The notes: generated by a model not told the origin, from the letters alone. Positions 40,301 through 53,659 are shown, counted from the first letter of the stretch. The stretch is DNA of 64,000 nt from Lama glama (GCA_028534125.1 CM052817.1:9984001-10048000), one strand, 5' to 3'. Numbers and translations: made by a program.

Positions 40301-41284
40301 TGGAGAAAGTCCCCATGGTGGCAGGTGGGCAGGTGATGGGTTGCCACTGGGGACACACACAAAGACCACAGACTTCCCTGGACATTTCTCTCAAAGAAAA
40401 AGCATTAAAGCCACTTGAGGAAGGGCAGCGAACCCTCTGTGCCCTGTGGCCAAGGCAAAACTCCACTGCTTCCAGGGTGGGGGATATCAGCAAAACTCAT
40501 CCGCCCGTGGGGAACAGGTTGAAACCCTCCTGCCTGTGGGACACAGGTAAAGGCCCACTGCTGCTGGGGGACAGGGCGGGAGCAAAAGCCCTTTGTTCCT
40601 AGGGAGGAAAGCACTCTTGGGCAGAAAGCTCGCTCCTTTCCAGCACCGAAGGCAAATTCCCAGTAAGAGTTTGGCTGCCATGGGGAGGGGGAGAGGAACA
40701 CTGATAAAAGCCCCTCCCACTCCCCGAGCTCAGCGCACAGGGCCAGCCTAAGCCTGAGGCTGGACCAGGGTAGCCGGAGACCATCCCTCACTGCCTCCCC
40801 CCATGAGCCTGCCACTGGGCGGAGGAGCAGGAGCACGAGAGGGGCCCTCGGTGGCACAGGTGAGTAGGGACCGCTAGGGGCTGAGGGAGGAGCGGGCACA
40901 CTGAAGAAAACCCTCCACACGCCAGGCCCCACACTGCAAACATGGCAACCACACTCCAAGGCTGGGGGAGTTGCAAGCCCGTGAAGATGCTCCAACAGCA
41001 AACTGCTCGACCAGGAGGGCTCAGCCTCCGGAAAGCAGAGAAGGCATGTCCATATCTGGGAATAACCACGGTTCAGCCCAGCTCCTACAGTTCTCCTCAG
41101 GATGCCCAGCATTCAGGAAAAAATCACAAGACACATGAAAAAGATTCTTCAAGGAAGAATCAAACCCAGAGAGGATCCAGATGTTAGAAACCTTTCAGAG
41201 ATGAATTAAAAAAAAAAAGACTGTTGAGGGAATTTACATTTATACTTCAAGGTAAAATAACATGCTTAAGAAAAGTACATACAA

Positions 41285-41552
41285 AACTTGTGGTTACCCG
41301 GACGGGGAAGGAGGGAAGGAAGGATAAATTGGGAGTTCGGGATTGGCAGATACAAACTGCTGTGTACAGAACAGATAAACAACATGGTCCTTCTGTATGG
41401 CTCAGGGAACTATATTCAATGGTTTGTAGTAACCTGTAATGAAAATGAATACGTTATGTATAACTGGATCACTATACTGTACTCCAGAAATGAATACAAC
41501 ATTGTAAATCAACTATACTTCAACTTCAAAAAATGTTAAAAACAAAAAAAAA
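41285..41552 (+). mobile_element. L1 3' UTR fragment
   Basis: ggataaattgggagttcgggattggcagatacaaact...cagggaactatattcaat...tgtaaatcaactatacttcaa and an A tail. Confidence 0.85.
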
Positions 41553-41839
41553 AGTATGTATAATTTTTAGGATTCCCCAAATTTGCCGACTTTAACGAAT
41601 CGACTATCAATCATAATCATGTTGAATAAGAGGGTTCAACTCTCCTTAAATTAATCCTCATTTTTTTAACCATAAATCAATCCAGTGGCAATTCTCTAAG
41701 AATCATAATAACCTATCCTGTTCTGTCCAAATCTCCAATCTGTGGCTTTTACTACCCTACTCCCACTTTCTAACTTTCTCAGTCTTTTAGAGGAAAGGGA
41801 GGGGAAGATAAGGGACTATTAACCAGAGCCAAGCGCTCT

Positions 41840-42425
41840 AGGCAATGTGGCAAAGCAGAGAGAGCACATGATTTAGAACCAGTCAGAAGTGGCTTCAAGT
41901 TCTGCCTCCAGCACTCAGAAGCAATGTGACCGGTCTGAATATGGGCCAAGTTACAGAAACCCTCTGGGCCTCGAGATCTTCATCTGTAAAATGGAGAGAA
42001 AGCAACTGCCACTCATGAGCTCATCAGAATGACACGAGATGGCCACCACACAGAATCCTGCCGGCAGTCCCCGTATCGCTCCCATTCCCAGATGAGGACA
42101 CTGGGGCCGAGGAAGGTTGAATACATTGCACATGATCCCTCAGGTGATAAACGGTGAGTCAGGAATTCAGACTCAGGAGTGTTTTCATGCTGAAGCCCAT
42201 GCTCTTTCCAGTACACAGCCCTGTGTGGATCCAGATCCCAGGTCCAGCCTTGCAGCCTGTGGGATGTGAAGTGACTCGGGCCCTTGCCTTGAATTCCCTA
42301 GGCTCCCACTTCTTCATATGTAAAATGAGTTAATACTGCCTACCTTGCAAGATTATTCTAAGTATTGTAAGTAGAAAAGCACTTAGAAGAGTATCTGACA
42401 CAAAATAAATGTCCCCAAATAGTGG
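41840..42425. mobile_element. Cluster of three MIR SINEs in alternating orientation (+,-,+)
   Basis: MIR cores cttcatctgtaaaatgg (+), ccattcccagatgaggacactgggg (-) and ttcttcatatgtaaaatgag (+). Confidence 0.6.
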
Positions 42426-42654
42426 TGGTGATGGTGGTAGCTATAATGGTGGTTTATGAAAAGACAGATCTTTGGGCTTTTTAATCCAAGATAGATATTG
42501 ACAAAACATCTATTAATGGCAGGCAAGGGGACAAGACTGGGAGATGAGAGACTTTGCTCCATGATATTTTGTTAAGTTCCTCGCTCTCCCAGGCTGAAGT
42601 TTTCTCATCGGTATAATGACATGGTCAGACTACACTCCTCAAAATAGGAGTGTA

Positions 42655-44375
42655 GATGAAGAGATTCAGTGTGTTCATGGACTGGAAGAATTAAAATGGC
42701 CATACCACCCAGGGCAATCTATACATTCAGTGCAATCCCTATCAAAATACCAAGTGCATTCTTCATGGAACTAGAACAAATAATTCTCAAATATGTATGG
42801 AAACACAAAAGACCCTCATGAGCCAAAGCAATATTGAGAAAGAAGAACAGAGCTCGAGGTATCACAGTCCCTGACTTCAGACTATATTACAAAGTTACAG
42901 TAATCAAAATAGTATGGTATTGGCCCAAAAATAGACACATAGATCAATGGAATGGGATAGAAAGTACAGAAATAAACCCATGCACTTGCGGTCAATTAAT
43001 CTCTGACAAAGGAGGCAAGAATATGCAATGAAGAAAAGACAGTCCCTTCAGTAAGTGGTGCTGGGAAAACTGGACAGCTGCATGTAAAAGAATGAAATTA
43101 GAACATTTTCCCACACCACACAAAAAGATAAACTCAAAATGGATTAAAGACCTAAATGTAAGACCAGAAATCATAAAACTCTTAGGGGAAAACATAGGCA
43201 GAACACTCTGACATAAATTGTAGCAATATCTCATAGCAATATTTTTTTGGATCTGTCTCCTAAAGCAAAATAAATAAAAGCAGAAATAAACAAATGGGAT
43301 CTAATTAAACTCAAAGGCTTTTGCACAGCAAAAGAAATCATCGACAAAACAAAAGACAACCTACTGAATGGGAGAAAATATTTGCAGATGATAAGACTGT
43401 AGGGGGTTAATATCCAACATATATAAACAACTTATATAACACACACACACACACACACACACAAACAGCTCAATTTAAAAATGGGCAGAAAAACTGAATA
43501 GATATTTTTCCAAACAGGAAATGTAGATAACAAACAGACACAAGAAAAGATGCTCAACATTGCATCAGGGAAAGGCAAATCAAAACCTTAATGAGGTATC
43601 ACTCACACCTGTCAGAATGGCTATCACCAAAAAGAACACAAGTAATAGATGTTGGCAAGGATGTGGAGAAAAGAGAACCCTCAACACTGTTGGTGGGAAT
43701 GTAAACTGGTGCAGCTACTGTGGAAAACAGTACAGAGGTTTCTCAAAAAACTAAAAATAGAACAACTATATGACCCAGCAATTCCACTCCTGGGTATATA
43801 TCCAAAGAAAATGAAAACATTAATCAGAAAAGAAACATGTACCCCAATGTTCACAGCAGTATTATTTACAATTACCAAGATATGGTAGCAACCTAAGTGT
43901 CCATCAAAAGATGAATGGATAAAGAAGATATACACAATGGAATATTACTCAGTCATAAAAAAGACTGAAATCTTGCCATTTGCAACAACATGGATGGACC
44001 AGAAGGTATTATGTTTAGTGAAAAAAGTCAAACAGAAAAATGCAAATACTGTATGTTATCACTTATATGTGGAATCTAAAAACATAAAACAAATGAATAT
44101 AATAGAAACAGACTCACAGATATAAAGAACAAACTAGTGATTACCAGCAGGGAGAGGGGCAAAACAGGGGTAGCAGATTAAGAGGTACAAATTACTATGT
44201 ATAAAATAAATAAGCTACCAGGGTATATTATCCAGCACAAGGAATACTGCCAATATTTCATAATAACTTTAAATGGAGGGTAATCTATAAAAATTTTGAA
44301 TCACTATGTTGTATACTTGAAAATAATATAATATTGTATATCAACTATATTTCAATAAAAATACATCTCGAAAAA
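42655..44375 (+). mobile_element. About 1.7-kb 5'-truncated L1 (degenerate ORF2 3' part and 3' UTR)
   Basis: ORF pieces [70 protein letters not shown] and MEYYSVIKK, broken by stops and frameshifts; (AC)n at 43439-43462. Confidence 0.95.
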
Positions 44376-45329
44376 AACACTTAATAGGCACAAATATGTC
44401 CTAGACCCTATACTGAGTGTTAAGGATACAGAGACGAAAAGATAAAATTCTTGTGGCTCACAGTCTACTGGGAGCACAGACAAGTGGATAAAAAGTAGGT
44501 GTGCTGTTTGGGAAGATGGGGTCATACAAGGTTCACCGTCAGCAGGTCAAGTCGGGGGAGTTGTGGCGAATAAGGAAACACTCGTGGAGCAGGTGATGTT
44601 TGAGCTGTGTTTTAAAAGAGAGACAGAATTGCATTATGTGAAAGTCCTGAGCTTGTCTGTGAGCCTGGACTTCGACCACTGTCTTCCAGTCACTCCTCGA
44701 GGCAGGGCAGAGCTGGGAACTCAGAATGAGACTGGGATTAGCAAGAGCCCGGAGGCCCCCAAAGACAACTTCCCAAACCCCAGTACAAAAACGACATCTG
44801 CTTATTTGCTCTGAATCTCTCCTACATAAACTTCCTAAGTGTCAGAGAACAAAACCCCAAATGAAGAGGAAGTCAGTGAAATGCCCAAAGGCCACCTCCT
44901 TTCAATTTAAACACAAAAACAAACCAACTTCTGTTGGATCAACAGCACTGCCTGATTGTTAGCGGTGGGATGGGAAGCCCCGCAGCCAGGGTGGAGACGG
45001 AAGGAATGCTTTATGAGGGCTGAACCCACACCTGGGCCCCTGGGCCCCCTCGGAGGGTGCAGGGGCTAAATAAGGCCCCCCAGCCATTGAGGCAGCACGT
45101 GCACCTTCCCCCGCATCTGCGATTACATACATTCATTCACGGCACCCCACAGATCCCAAGTCCCTGAGCTCTGTTCGGGCCACTCAAAAGTCACCCCTGA
45201 GTCCTGGGGAAATACTAGACTGTGCGGGCTTTCTCCCTTCTTGTGATATGGCACCACAATGCTCCTGACACAGCAGAAAGCCACTCATGAATGGAAAAGA
45301 AATGATAGAGCATGACCATTCACAATCAA

Positions 45330-46550
45330 CACAGTGATGATTTATGAAGGCACGGGTAATCCCTGGATGCTAAAAGCACTCAGCCAACGAGGGCTGGGGA
45401 ACAGGACAGGATATGGGGAAAACTGGAAGATACCACCTTAATCAAATCATCAAACTTAATTTCACCAATCATGGGACAAACTGACATCAGTAACTTCCAG
45501 ATGGGATCCACTGAGTGGATCCAGCATGCACGTAGTACCCCGACAGATTTCATTTGAATCTAATCATGAGAAATCAAGGTAAATTCAAAATTGAGGGGAA
45601 AATGGCTTAGGCTCGTCCATAAAACTTGTATGCTATTAAGAAAAAAAGGCTAGGGAACTGTTCTAGATTAAAGGAGACTAAATCTAAGGTGAGGCAGGGT
45701 TCTCGACTGAATACTGGATCCAGGGAATAAAAACTATATAGAACATTATGGAGAAATCTGAGAAATGTAAATATGAACTATATATTAGATAAAAGTGTTA
45801 CAATAATGTTAAATGTCCTGAGTGTCATACTTGCATGTGGTTATGTAGGAGAGACTAAGTCTTACAAGATGCATGCTGTGGTGTGGCAAAATAGTAACAA
45901 AGTAGTGTGGCAAAATATTAACAATTGATGAATCTATAAAGGACAGACAGGTGTCCATTTGCACTATTGTTGTAACATTTCTAAAGTTTAGAAATGATTC
46001 AAGATAAAAATCTGGAAGGCAAAAGTTCCTGGATCTCTTCCCATCTTTTTCCCTATAATCATTTTCCCTTTTCCAAACTCTGTTTCTAATACTAGTTAGC
46101 CAGTTAACCTATTTTCCTGTTTATTAGGGGCAAAACTTTTGAACTCAGTTTTGGAAAGTCACACATTTTATGCTTTGTTCTTTCCTTTTTGGGATTCTGA
46201 CTCAAGGAACAAAGGAATGAGTAAAAAGGTAACTGGGAAAATGGATATCACACTTAATGATGAGAATTAATAGTAAAAAAATAGAATTCTTATTAATTTT
46301 GGTAGTTCGGTAAGGACAGTGTGGATAGTAAGAAATGCCCGTATTCTTTAGAAAGGCACATTGATGTGGAAGGTGAAATGATAGTATGTCTGAATTTGCT
46401 TTAAATGTCCCAGCAAAGAAACAATAAAGAAAAGAGGACAGATGAAACAAATATGAGAAAAACTGATAAATTTTTTCATCTGGGCAACTGGCTAATGAGG
46501 ATTCACTGTATTATTCTTTCCAGTTTTGGGGTAGGTTTGAAAATTTTTTA
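45330..46550 (+). mobile_element. Old L1 3' end fragments (L1MC/L1ME-like)
   Basis: gaatctaatcatgag, ctgttctagattaaaggagactaa, tatattagataaaagtg and atgtctgaatttgctttaaa motifs. Confidence 0.6.
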
Positions 46551-46568
46551 TAAACAATTTATAGGAAA

Positions 46569-46727
46569 GGGGAGGGTATAGCTCAGGTGGTAGAGTGCAT
46601 AGTTAGCATGCAAAAGGTCATGGGTTCAATCCCTAGTAACTTCTCCAATAATAAAAAAATAAGTAAGCCTAATTACCTCTCCCCACCAAAACAAAAACAA
46701 AAATAAAGAAATAGATTAATAAAAACA
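46569..46727 (+). mobile_element. tRNA-Ala(AGC)-derived SINE, camelid Vic-1-like
   Basis: ggggagggtatagctcaggtggtagagtgc...gggttcaatccc with A and B boxes, tail aagcctaattacctctcccc, A-rich end; TSD tataggaaa at 46560-46568 and 46728-46736. Confidence 0.85.
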
Positions 46728-49700
46728 TATAGGAAATCTTACTTCCCTCTCACTCCATCCTTCAATTCATATCTTCATTCCACGTAACCCACTTTTAGTG
46801 ACGTCACCTCCTAATTGATCCCTTGGACTCACATCTCTCTTAACTCCATTCCTTTCTAGACAATGTTGTCAGATTAACTAACCTACAACCCTTTTTACAT
46901 GGCCTCCACTAATTATCTTTAAAGCTGTGCATAATGTGACCCTATCCTTCCCACTGAAATTAAAGCGAGTGCAGGCTTTGGAATCAGACTGACCAAATAC
47001 GGATCTTGGCTCGCCCAGACAGTCCGGTGCACACCTTCTCTCCTGGCCTAATCATTATCAGTGCTCTCTCTCTCACTCTTAAAAAGTCCTGGTTTAGATG
47101 ATAAATTAAATGGCCACCCTAAATCATGTGATCCTGAGTTCAAATTCCAGATCTGATACTTAATGCTGTGTGACCTTGGCAATCTATTTAACACCCCTGG
47201 ACCTCAATTGTCTCATCTTTGATACGGAGGTAATAAATACCCATTGTTAAAAATAATACGTCAAAAGCCCAGCACATATTACACAATCAATAGGCAGCTG
47301 CTATAATTATGTCTCCCTCCAAACAAGACCCCTCCAATCCAGCCAGATCTCCTCCTTTGTCCCCAAAACAAACAAAAAAGACCTTATTCCAACCCTCTGA
47401 GGCTTGGTGATGCTATCCCCCCACCTATCCAAACCCTCCTTCTGTCCTTCAAATTAACACTCGAGGGCCTTTGCCAACTTCCCTCATCACTAATTACCTA
47501 CAGTTCATCAACCACTTGTGAGATTGAATGATCCACCAGTTTACATGTCTCCTGGACTATTTGTTCTCTGTAAATATATTTCATCTCTTCAACTGGAGAT
47601 TGTTCATTCCTTAAAGTAGGAAATGTTCTTTCTCCCACGTAAATCTTATCACTCCTAACCCAGTGTTATGCACCTGCAGCCTATCTTCAGTAGAACTTGC
47701 ATGCCCTAAACAAGACACCTCAATCCAACCTAAGAAATAACTTCTTCTAGGTAAGAATATTTTCTTTGAAAAAAGAAATCTAGAAATACAATCATGATAC
47801 TATTCTTAAGTTATATTTCATTTCATTTTAAGAAATTCCTGTATGTCTTTTGCCTCGTCTTTTTTATTAAGCTCCAAAGGAGGAAGGCTGAGAAATCAAA
47901 GACTTCTTATAAACTAAATCATAACCCAAATCACCACTACTGTTGAACTTTAAAACCCCAGCCGTTCCAATGGTACATTAAATATCACACAAAATCTGAC
48001 TTCCCTCCGGCTCTAAGTCCTTAATTCAGTCTGGTTTTTAAATGTGCAATCTATTTCTCAAAAGTCTCATTTATCATAATAAAAAATGATTTGACACAGT
48101 CAAATCACAGTCAGTTCTAGATATTCTGCGTATACTGGAGACCAGTGGGTGCACGGTCTGAAACCAGATGTCCTAAATACCTTTTTTTCTTCCAAGTCTT
48201 AACTTTATGCTTACATTCTATATGGGGATATAGCGTGATTTTCACTATATAAAAAAAATTTTAAAATGTCTTTGCCTAGGGAAAAAAAATCTGAAGACAA
48301 TGTTTTTTCTTTGGGTGGAGAATGGACCTTTTTAAAATCTCTGTTTCTGTATATTTTGTATGAACATATTCTACCTGCAAAATGGAAACAAATAAAAGTA
48401 TGTCTCTTGTGCTTGCAAAGAATGATATTAACTAACAATAATAAACTATTCACTTAGTCAAAAAAAGCGTATTCATTCAACAAAAGCTCCTGCTATACCC
48501 AAGTACCAAGAATCCAGTTTCAAACAACAAAGCAGGCACTGCCTCCAACCCAGCCAACAACTCCCCTGCCCTCCTTCCTGCCTGCCTGACCTACCAGCAT
48601 TCATTTGACTGTGTGACCTGAAATGAGCGAGCTTCCCATCTCTGGGCCTTAGTTTTCTCGTCTGTAAAATGGGACTAGGAAATTGGATGATTATTTCTGA
48701 TGAGATGATCATCCCTCAATGATAGAGTCCCTAAAACCAAGTGGCCTGATTAGGCGAAAGGTTTCTGTACAAAGAGCTGTTGACACAAAATCAACACTAA
48801 AAAGACAGAGACTCGGCTACATAACTGGGGCAGAAGGCATTTCACAAACTCCACAAAAAGGAAACACAGATGAGAGAACCATCAACTACAGGAGTGATCA
48901 GAAATAAGTATAAAGTAACAAGATGCAATTAATTCAGTCTTAAAAAATCCCAGCACATTACTGGTGGCGGCATCAACCATTTCAGGACCTTCTGGGAAAT
49001 GGGTAGTTCTTTCAAAGACTTTGAAAATGATCATACCTTTTGACTAATTAGTCATTGAGGGGAAAGAATTCTAAATGCCTGAATAAGCCTAGTGAAAAAC
49101 TGGAAATAAAAATAGGGAGGGATGAGTTAGTTTCCATGGGATTCCACCCATTTTCTCCATGAAGTAGGAGGCCACTGGCTGGTGGAGGAGGGCTCAGGGT
49201 AGAAATTTCAAAAGAGAAGAGAAAGTATGCATATAGTATGAGAAACAAGTCAGGACCATCAGGGAGTGTGGTGTGTTTGGAGAGAGATACTAAATTAGAG
49301 AGTGTGGCCAGAGATGGTCCCTGAGGTGCTGACATTTGAGCAAAGACCAAGCGACAGGAAAAACAAGCCATGCAGAGGAATGGTCCAAACAAAGGGAATG
49401 GCCAGATGCCAAGGGTCTGTGGCAGGACGTCATGTGGCACGTTCAGGAAGGGCTGGGAGGAAGCTGGGGTGACTGTTACGGTCCTTCAGAGGCTACTGTG
49501 TCCCCCACTTCCCCGTTCTCTCCCCCTAAGTGAGGAGGCATCTCCACTGGTCCAGGTGACCGGCAGCCCTAGTGAGGGGGAGGACAGCCCTGTGGGAGAG
49601 AAGTGGACAGCTCTGATACACACACCCACAGTACAACACGTGGAATTACATCCGAGCAAACTGGTCCTGAGGAAGACGGGTCTGTGCTGTTACTTCAGTG

Positions 49701-50439
49701 CAGAACTCAGGAAGCACTCACTTCTGAAGTCAGCTATTAACTTGATTTCAGAGCAGATACTCATTTTTACTCTGCTTTATTTCTATTACACAAGTTATAC
49801 TTGGAATGGCTCTTTAAAGAAATGCAATTCCTTGCAAAGCTGGCTTCCCGAGTACTCAGTCATTTGACAACACCGTAGACTAGTAGACTTGGCTGTGTTA
49901 AGCACAGCACATCTCAATCAGCGGCCCCCCAAGGAGCCAGCCATCCAAATCTCATTAGGCTGAGCTTCTGGGTCAGCCAACCTCCAAGGGGATATAAAAA
50001 CATCCACACCCCCCTCCCCTTCCGCAGGATTCAGGCTACTTACTTCCAATCAGGTTGGAGGAGAGCCTTCAAAGGCAGTGATAAACATATCATACTGCAT
50101 CACCATCAATTACTAAAATATTAAATATTTTACAATAATAATGCAAGGACTCCTGTATGAGGTAATCAGTGCTCAAAAAATGTCAAACACAAACATTATG
50201 TTGCCACCTTTTGGCTCCCAGCGTTAACTTAGAAGTTCCCTCCCACAGAATTACTAAACAGCTTTCTCAAGCTGCTTTCTGTAAACGAGTCACTGCTCTC
50301 CTTGAAAGACTGAAAAGACTGCTTTCACCGAAGCTACTGCCCTGAGAGCCTTCTCCATCCTCTCTCTTCTAGTTTTAAATTATTTTGGTTTTTTTAATCC
50401 CACTCAATAAGAACCTGGCTTTTAGGACTTTTATCTTTA

Positions 50440-50818
50440 ATTTTTAATTTATTTTAATATAATTTTTAAAGGTCACTCGCCATGTACAGTTATTACAAAA
50501 TACTGGCTATGTTTCCCGTGTTGTAAAATACATCCTTGAAGCCAGTCTGCACCCAATAGTTTGTACCTCCCACTTCCCCACACCTATATTGCCTCTCTCC
50601 CACCCTCCCCACTGGTAACCACTCGTTTGTTCTCTGTATCTGTGAGTCTGCTTTTTTCTGGATTATAGTCACTAGCTTTTACCTTTAGATTCGACATAAG
50701 TGATGTCACACAGTATTTGTATTTCCCTGTCTGATTTATTTCACTTAGCATAATGCCCTTGAGGTCCATCCACGTTGCTCCAAATGGCAAAATTTCATTT
50801 TTTATGGCAGAGTAGTAT

Positions 50819-50870
<52 letters not shown>

Positions 50871-51000
50871 ACATAGTACATCTTCTTTATTCATTCATCT
50901 GTGGATGGACACTTAGGTTGCTTCCATATTTTGGCAATTGTAAATAATGCTGCCATGATGTTGGGGTGCATGTATCTTTTTGAATTAGTGTTTTTGTTTT
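50440..51000 (-). mobile_element. L1 3' end in the same orientation as PROM1, with internal (GT)24
   Basis: Minus-strand ORFs contain AALFTIAKIWKQPKCPSTDE and EYYSAIKNEILPFGATWMDLKGIMLSEI. Confidence 0.92.
50821..50868. repeat. (GT)24 microsatellite inside L1
   Basis: Perfect 48-nt GT run. Confidence 0.95.
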
Positions 51001-51599
51001 CCAGGATTTTACTTTTTTTCCCTATTCTTCCAAGGCTTACAGGGATATGTATACAATTAAGGTAACATGAATATGAAAGATGAAAAGAGAAAAGGAAGTC
51101 CAGGGACATAAGTTGAAACTCCCAAGCTCTGTGCAGGTAGAGCCCATCTGACCCACGGTCCCATCCCGCACAGCATGCGCTGCACACGCACTTGGCATTT
51201 GTGGAAGAGGAACACAGGGAGCAAGGGGCACATCTGTGTCCTGTGCCTGCAGCTGAAGGGGGAGCCACTCTTCTCAGAAAGAAAGTTTTATTCCACATGC
51301 ACTCACCAAAAGGAAACCCTGAGATGTAATTAACCGCCTCGACAGCATGCTAATGGGAGCCGGAGGGACCCGTTTCCTTGTGCAGTCACAGACAGCAGCA
51401 AGGAGAGGTGTCAGGGCTCACCACGAGTCCTCCACGCACAGCTCACAGCTCAGGGCGAAGCCCAGGCGGATGGCAGCCTACACAGGTGAAGACTGGAGAT
51501 TTTTAAAATACACTATAGCAACTCATGCTCACTCTTTGTCATCCATGCCTTTTCAAAAAGGTAAAATTGACTCAATTGATGTTAGCCAAACTGGGTAAA

Positions 51600-52000
51600 A
51601 GGAAGAAATCAAAACTGAAATTACGAACTACTGGAAATTAAAAATGAGAACACCACATTCTAAATCTACAGGATAAAGCCAACACTGTTCTCAGGAGAAA
51701 TTTTATAGGCTTAAATGCATTTATCAAGAAACAAGAATAAGGGGGAGGGTACAGCTCTGTGGTAAAGTGCATGCCTAGCATGCACGAGGTCCTGGGTTCA
51801 ATCCCTGGTACCTCCACCAAAAGTAATAAATAAGTAGATAAACCTAATTACTTCCCCCCACAAAATTTTTTTTAATTTTTAGAAAAAGAAATAAGAATAA
51901 AAATGAAATTACTAGATGTTCTACTCTAAAAGTTTAAAAAAACAAAATTAAATAGACTTCCAAATGAAGAAGGGTAGAATTACTAATAACAGACTAAACA
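51600..52000 (+). mobile_element. Old L1 ORF2 internal fragment interrupted by a SINE
   Basis: aatctacaggataaagccaacactgttctcaggagaaattttataggcttaaatgcatttatcaagaa resembles the L1 ORF2 segment NLWDTAKAVLRGKFIALNAYIKK. Confidence 0.65.
51741..51885 (+). mobile_element. tRNA-Ala(AGC)-derived SINE, camelid Vic-1-like, inserted in an old L1 ORF2 fragment
   Basis: Same head and aacctaattacttcccccc tail as the 46569 copy; 15-bp TSD aagaaa(c/t)aagaataa at 51726-51740 and 51886-51900. Confidence 0.88.
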
Positions 52001-53177
52001 AAATGAATTATTTTTCATTTATTAAAAGGCACATTAGAAGTCAGTAAAGGCCAGTCCTTAACTCCAGAGCCCATTTCTGCTACACTGGGGAAACTTATTT
52101 GTAAAACAAGCAATACAGTGTCTAAAAGGTCACCTTGAAATGGTCCAAAATCCAGAGTAGTTACTGGACTACACTTTTCTAGCAAAAGTTTAAAATCATT
52201 CTCCTTGTTTGCCTTTCTAGATTTCTAGGAAATAGAAGAACTTACAAAAGCATTTTCCATGGGGTGCATTGTTCGATCCGACTAAAAGGCATCGGGCGAT
52301 AGCTGAGTCTAAGAGTGTAACGAAAAGAGTAAGATGCCGAAATCAGATGATCTGAGTTCAAATCCCTGCTCTGCTCACTCACAAGCTGTGTGACCCTGGC
52401 TAAGTGAGTTCCTCTCTCTGAGCCTCTTCCCCCATGTGTATATTACAGAGATGATGTCCGCCTCCCAAGACACTGGACAAAATTCAGCGAGATTTTTCTG
52501 CCTCGCTCGTGCAGGACAAAACTGAATCCACCTCTGTGGAGTGCGATGAGGGGTTACCTGTCAAATGTGCCAATTCACAAAATTATAAATTGACCCAGCA
52601 ATTCTGCTTCTCGGAATACATACTTACCTGCACATCTGTGAAATAACTTGTTATTTATCACAGTATTTGTAACGGCAAAATGGTGGAAACACATTAAAAG
52701 TAATGAACTACTTTGCAGCAATAAAAAAAAAAAAGGTGAGGAAGCTCTTAATGTACTAATACAATGACCAAAATATGCATTTACAAAGAAAGCAAGGTAC
52801 CAAACAATATACACAATATGTTATCATCTGTGGAGAAAAGACCACAGACACACGTTTGCCTGCCTTAGCAGAAAACAAGTCGGAACAGACACAGACACAC
52901 AAATGCACACGCAAAACCTGCAAACAGCAGGCGTCTGTGAAAGCAGCGAGCTGGGGACTGAGAGCCAGGAGTGGGCGAGAAGCTTCACGACGCATACCCT
53001 TTTGCACTTCTAAATTCTGAGTATGTAAATATATGTCACCAATCAAGAAATGAGTATTTCCTAAGTTCGGTGAAATATGGGAACCAATCAAAGGTGAAAA
53101 ATACTGATAACTCAACTGAAAAAAATGAGCAAAGGCAAAATCACAAGTCTTTTTGGAAAAAAAGAAATATATATGGT

Positions 53178-53275
53178 GGGGGAGGTTATAGCTCCGTGGT
53201 TGAGCGCATGCTTCGCGTGCAGGAGGTCCTGGGTTCAATCCCCAGGATCTCCATCTTGTAAAAAAAAAAAAAAAA
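53178..53275 (+). mobile_element. Short tRNA-Ala-like SINE or tRNA retropseudogene with poly(A)
   Basis: ggaggttatagctccgtggttgagcgcatgcttcgcgtgcaggaggtcctgggttcaatccccaggatctcca followed by an A16 tract; lacks the tail seen in the other two copies. Confidence 0.8.
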
Positions 53276-53659
53276 GAAGAAAAAGGGATAAAAGGATATG
53301 ACTGACCAATGATTAAAGGTACACAAAATAAAGCATGTTTTCTATAGCATGTCAGACCAGCCAGATAGAGTCTTCATAACCACAGCTGGAAAAAGTGTGG
53401 AGAAACAAGCATTTTCATGCACTAATACAGGGAATACAAAGTGGTATATAAATTAGAGAACAATTTGGTGATAGCGATGAAAATTTTAAATGCACATACC
53501 ATGGTACGTATGCCACGGTAATTCCTTTTCCAGGGATTCCTCGTACTGGTTGTATTGCCCAATTATAAGTATGCAAGATACATATTCAAGAGTGGTCTTC
53601 ATAGCAGTGTTTGAAACAGCAAACAACTGGAAACTCAAACATCCATTGGTGTGTCTAAT

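Noticed and set aside
39979..41112. Longest ORFs in the track (207 aa plus, 235 aa minus)
   Set aside because: No recognisable domain, overlapping on opposite strands in GC-rich intron, and one runs through a GT repeat; consistent with chance ORFs.
42655..44375. Active L1 or nested reverse-transcriptase gene
   Set aside because: 5'-truncated with multiple stops and frameshifts; no RT or endonuclease domain is present.
53181..53253. Functional tRNA-Ala(CGC) gene
   Set aside because: Acceptor stem out of register, altered D-loop, followed by poly(A) rather than an oligo-T terminator; better explained as a retrocopy.
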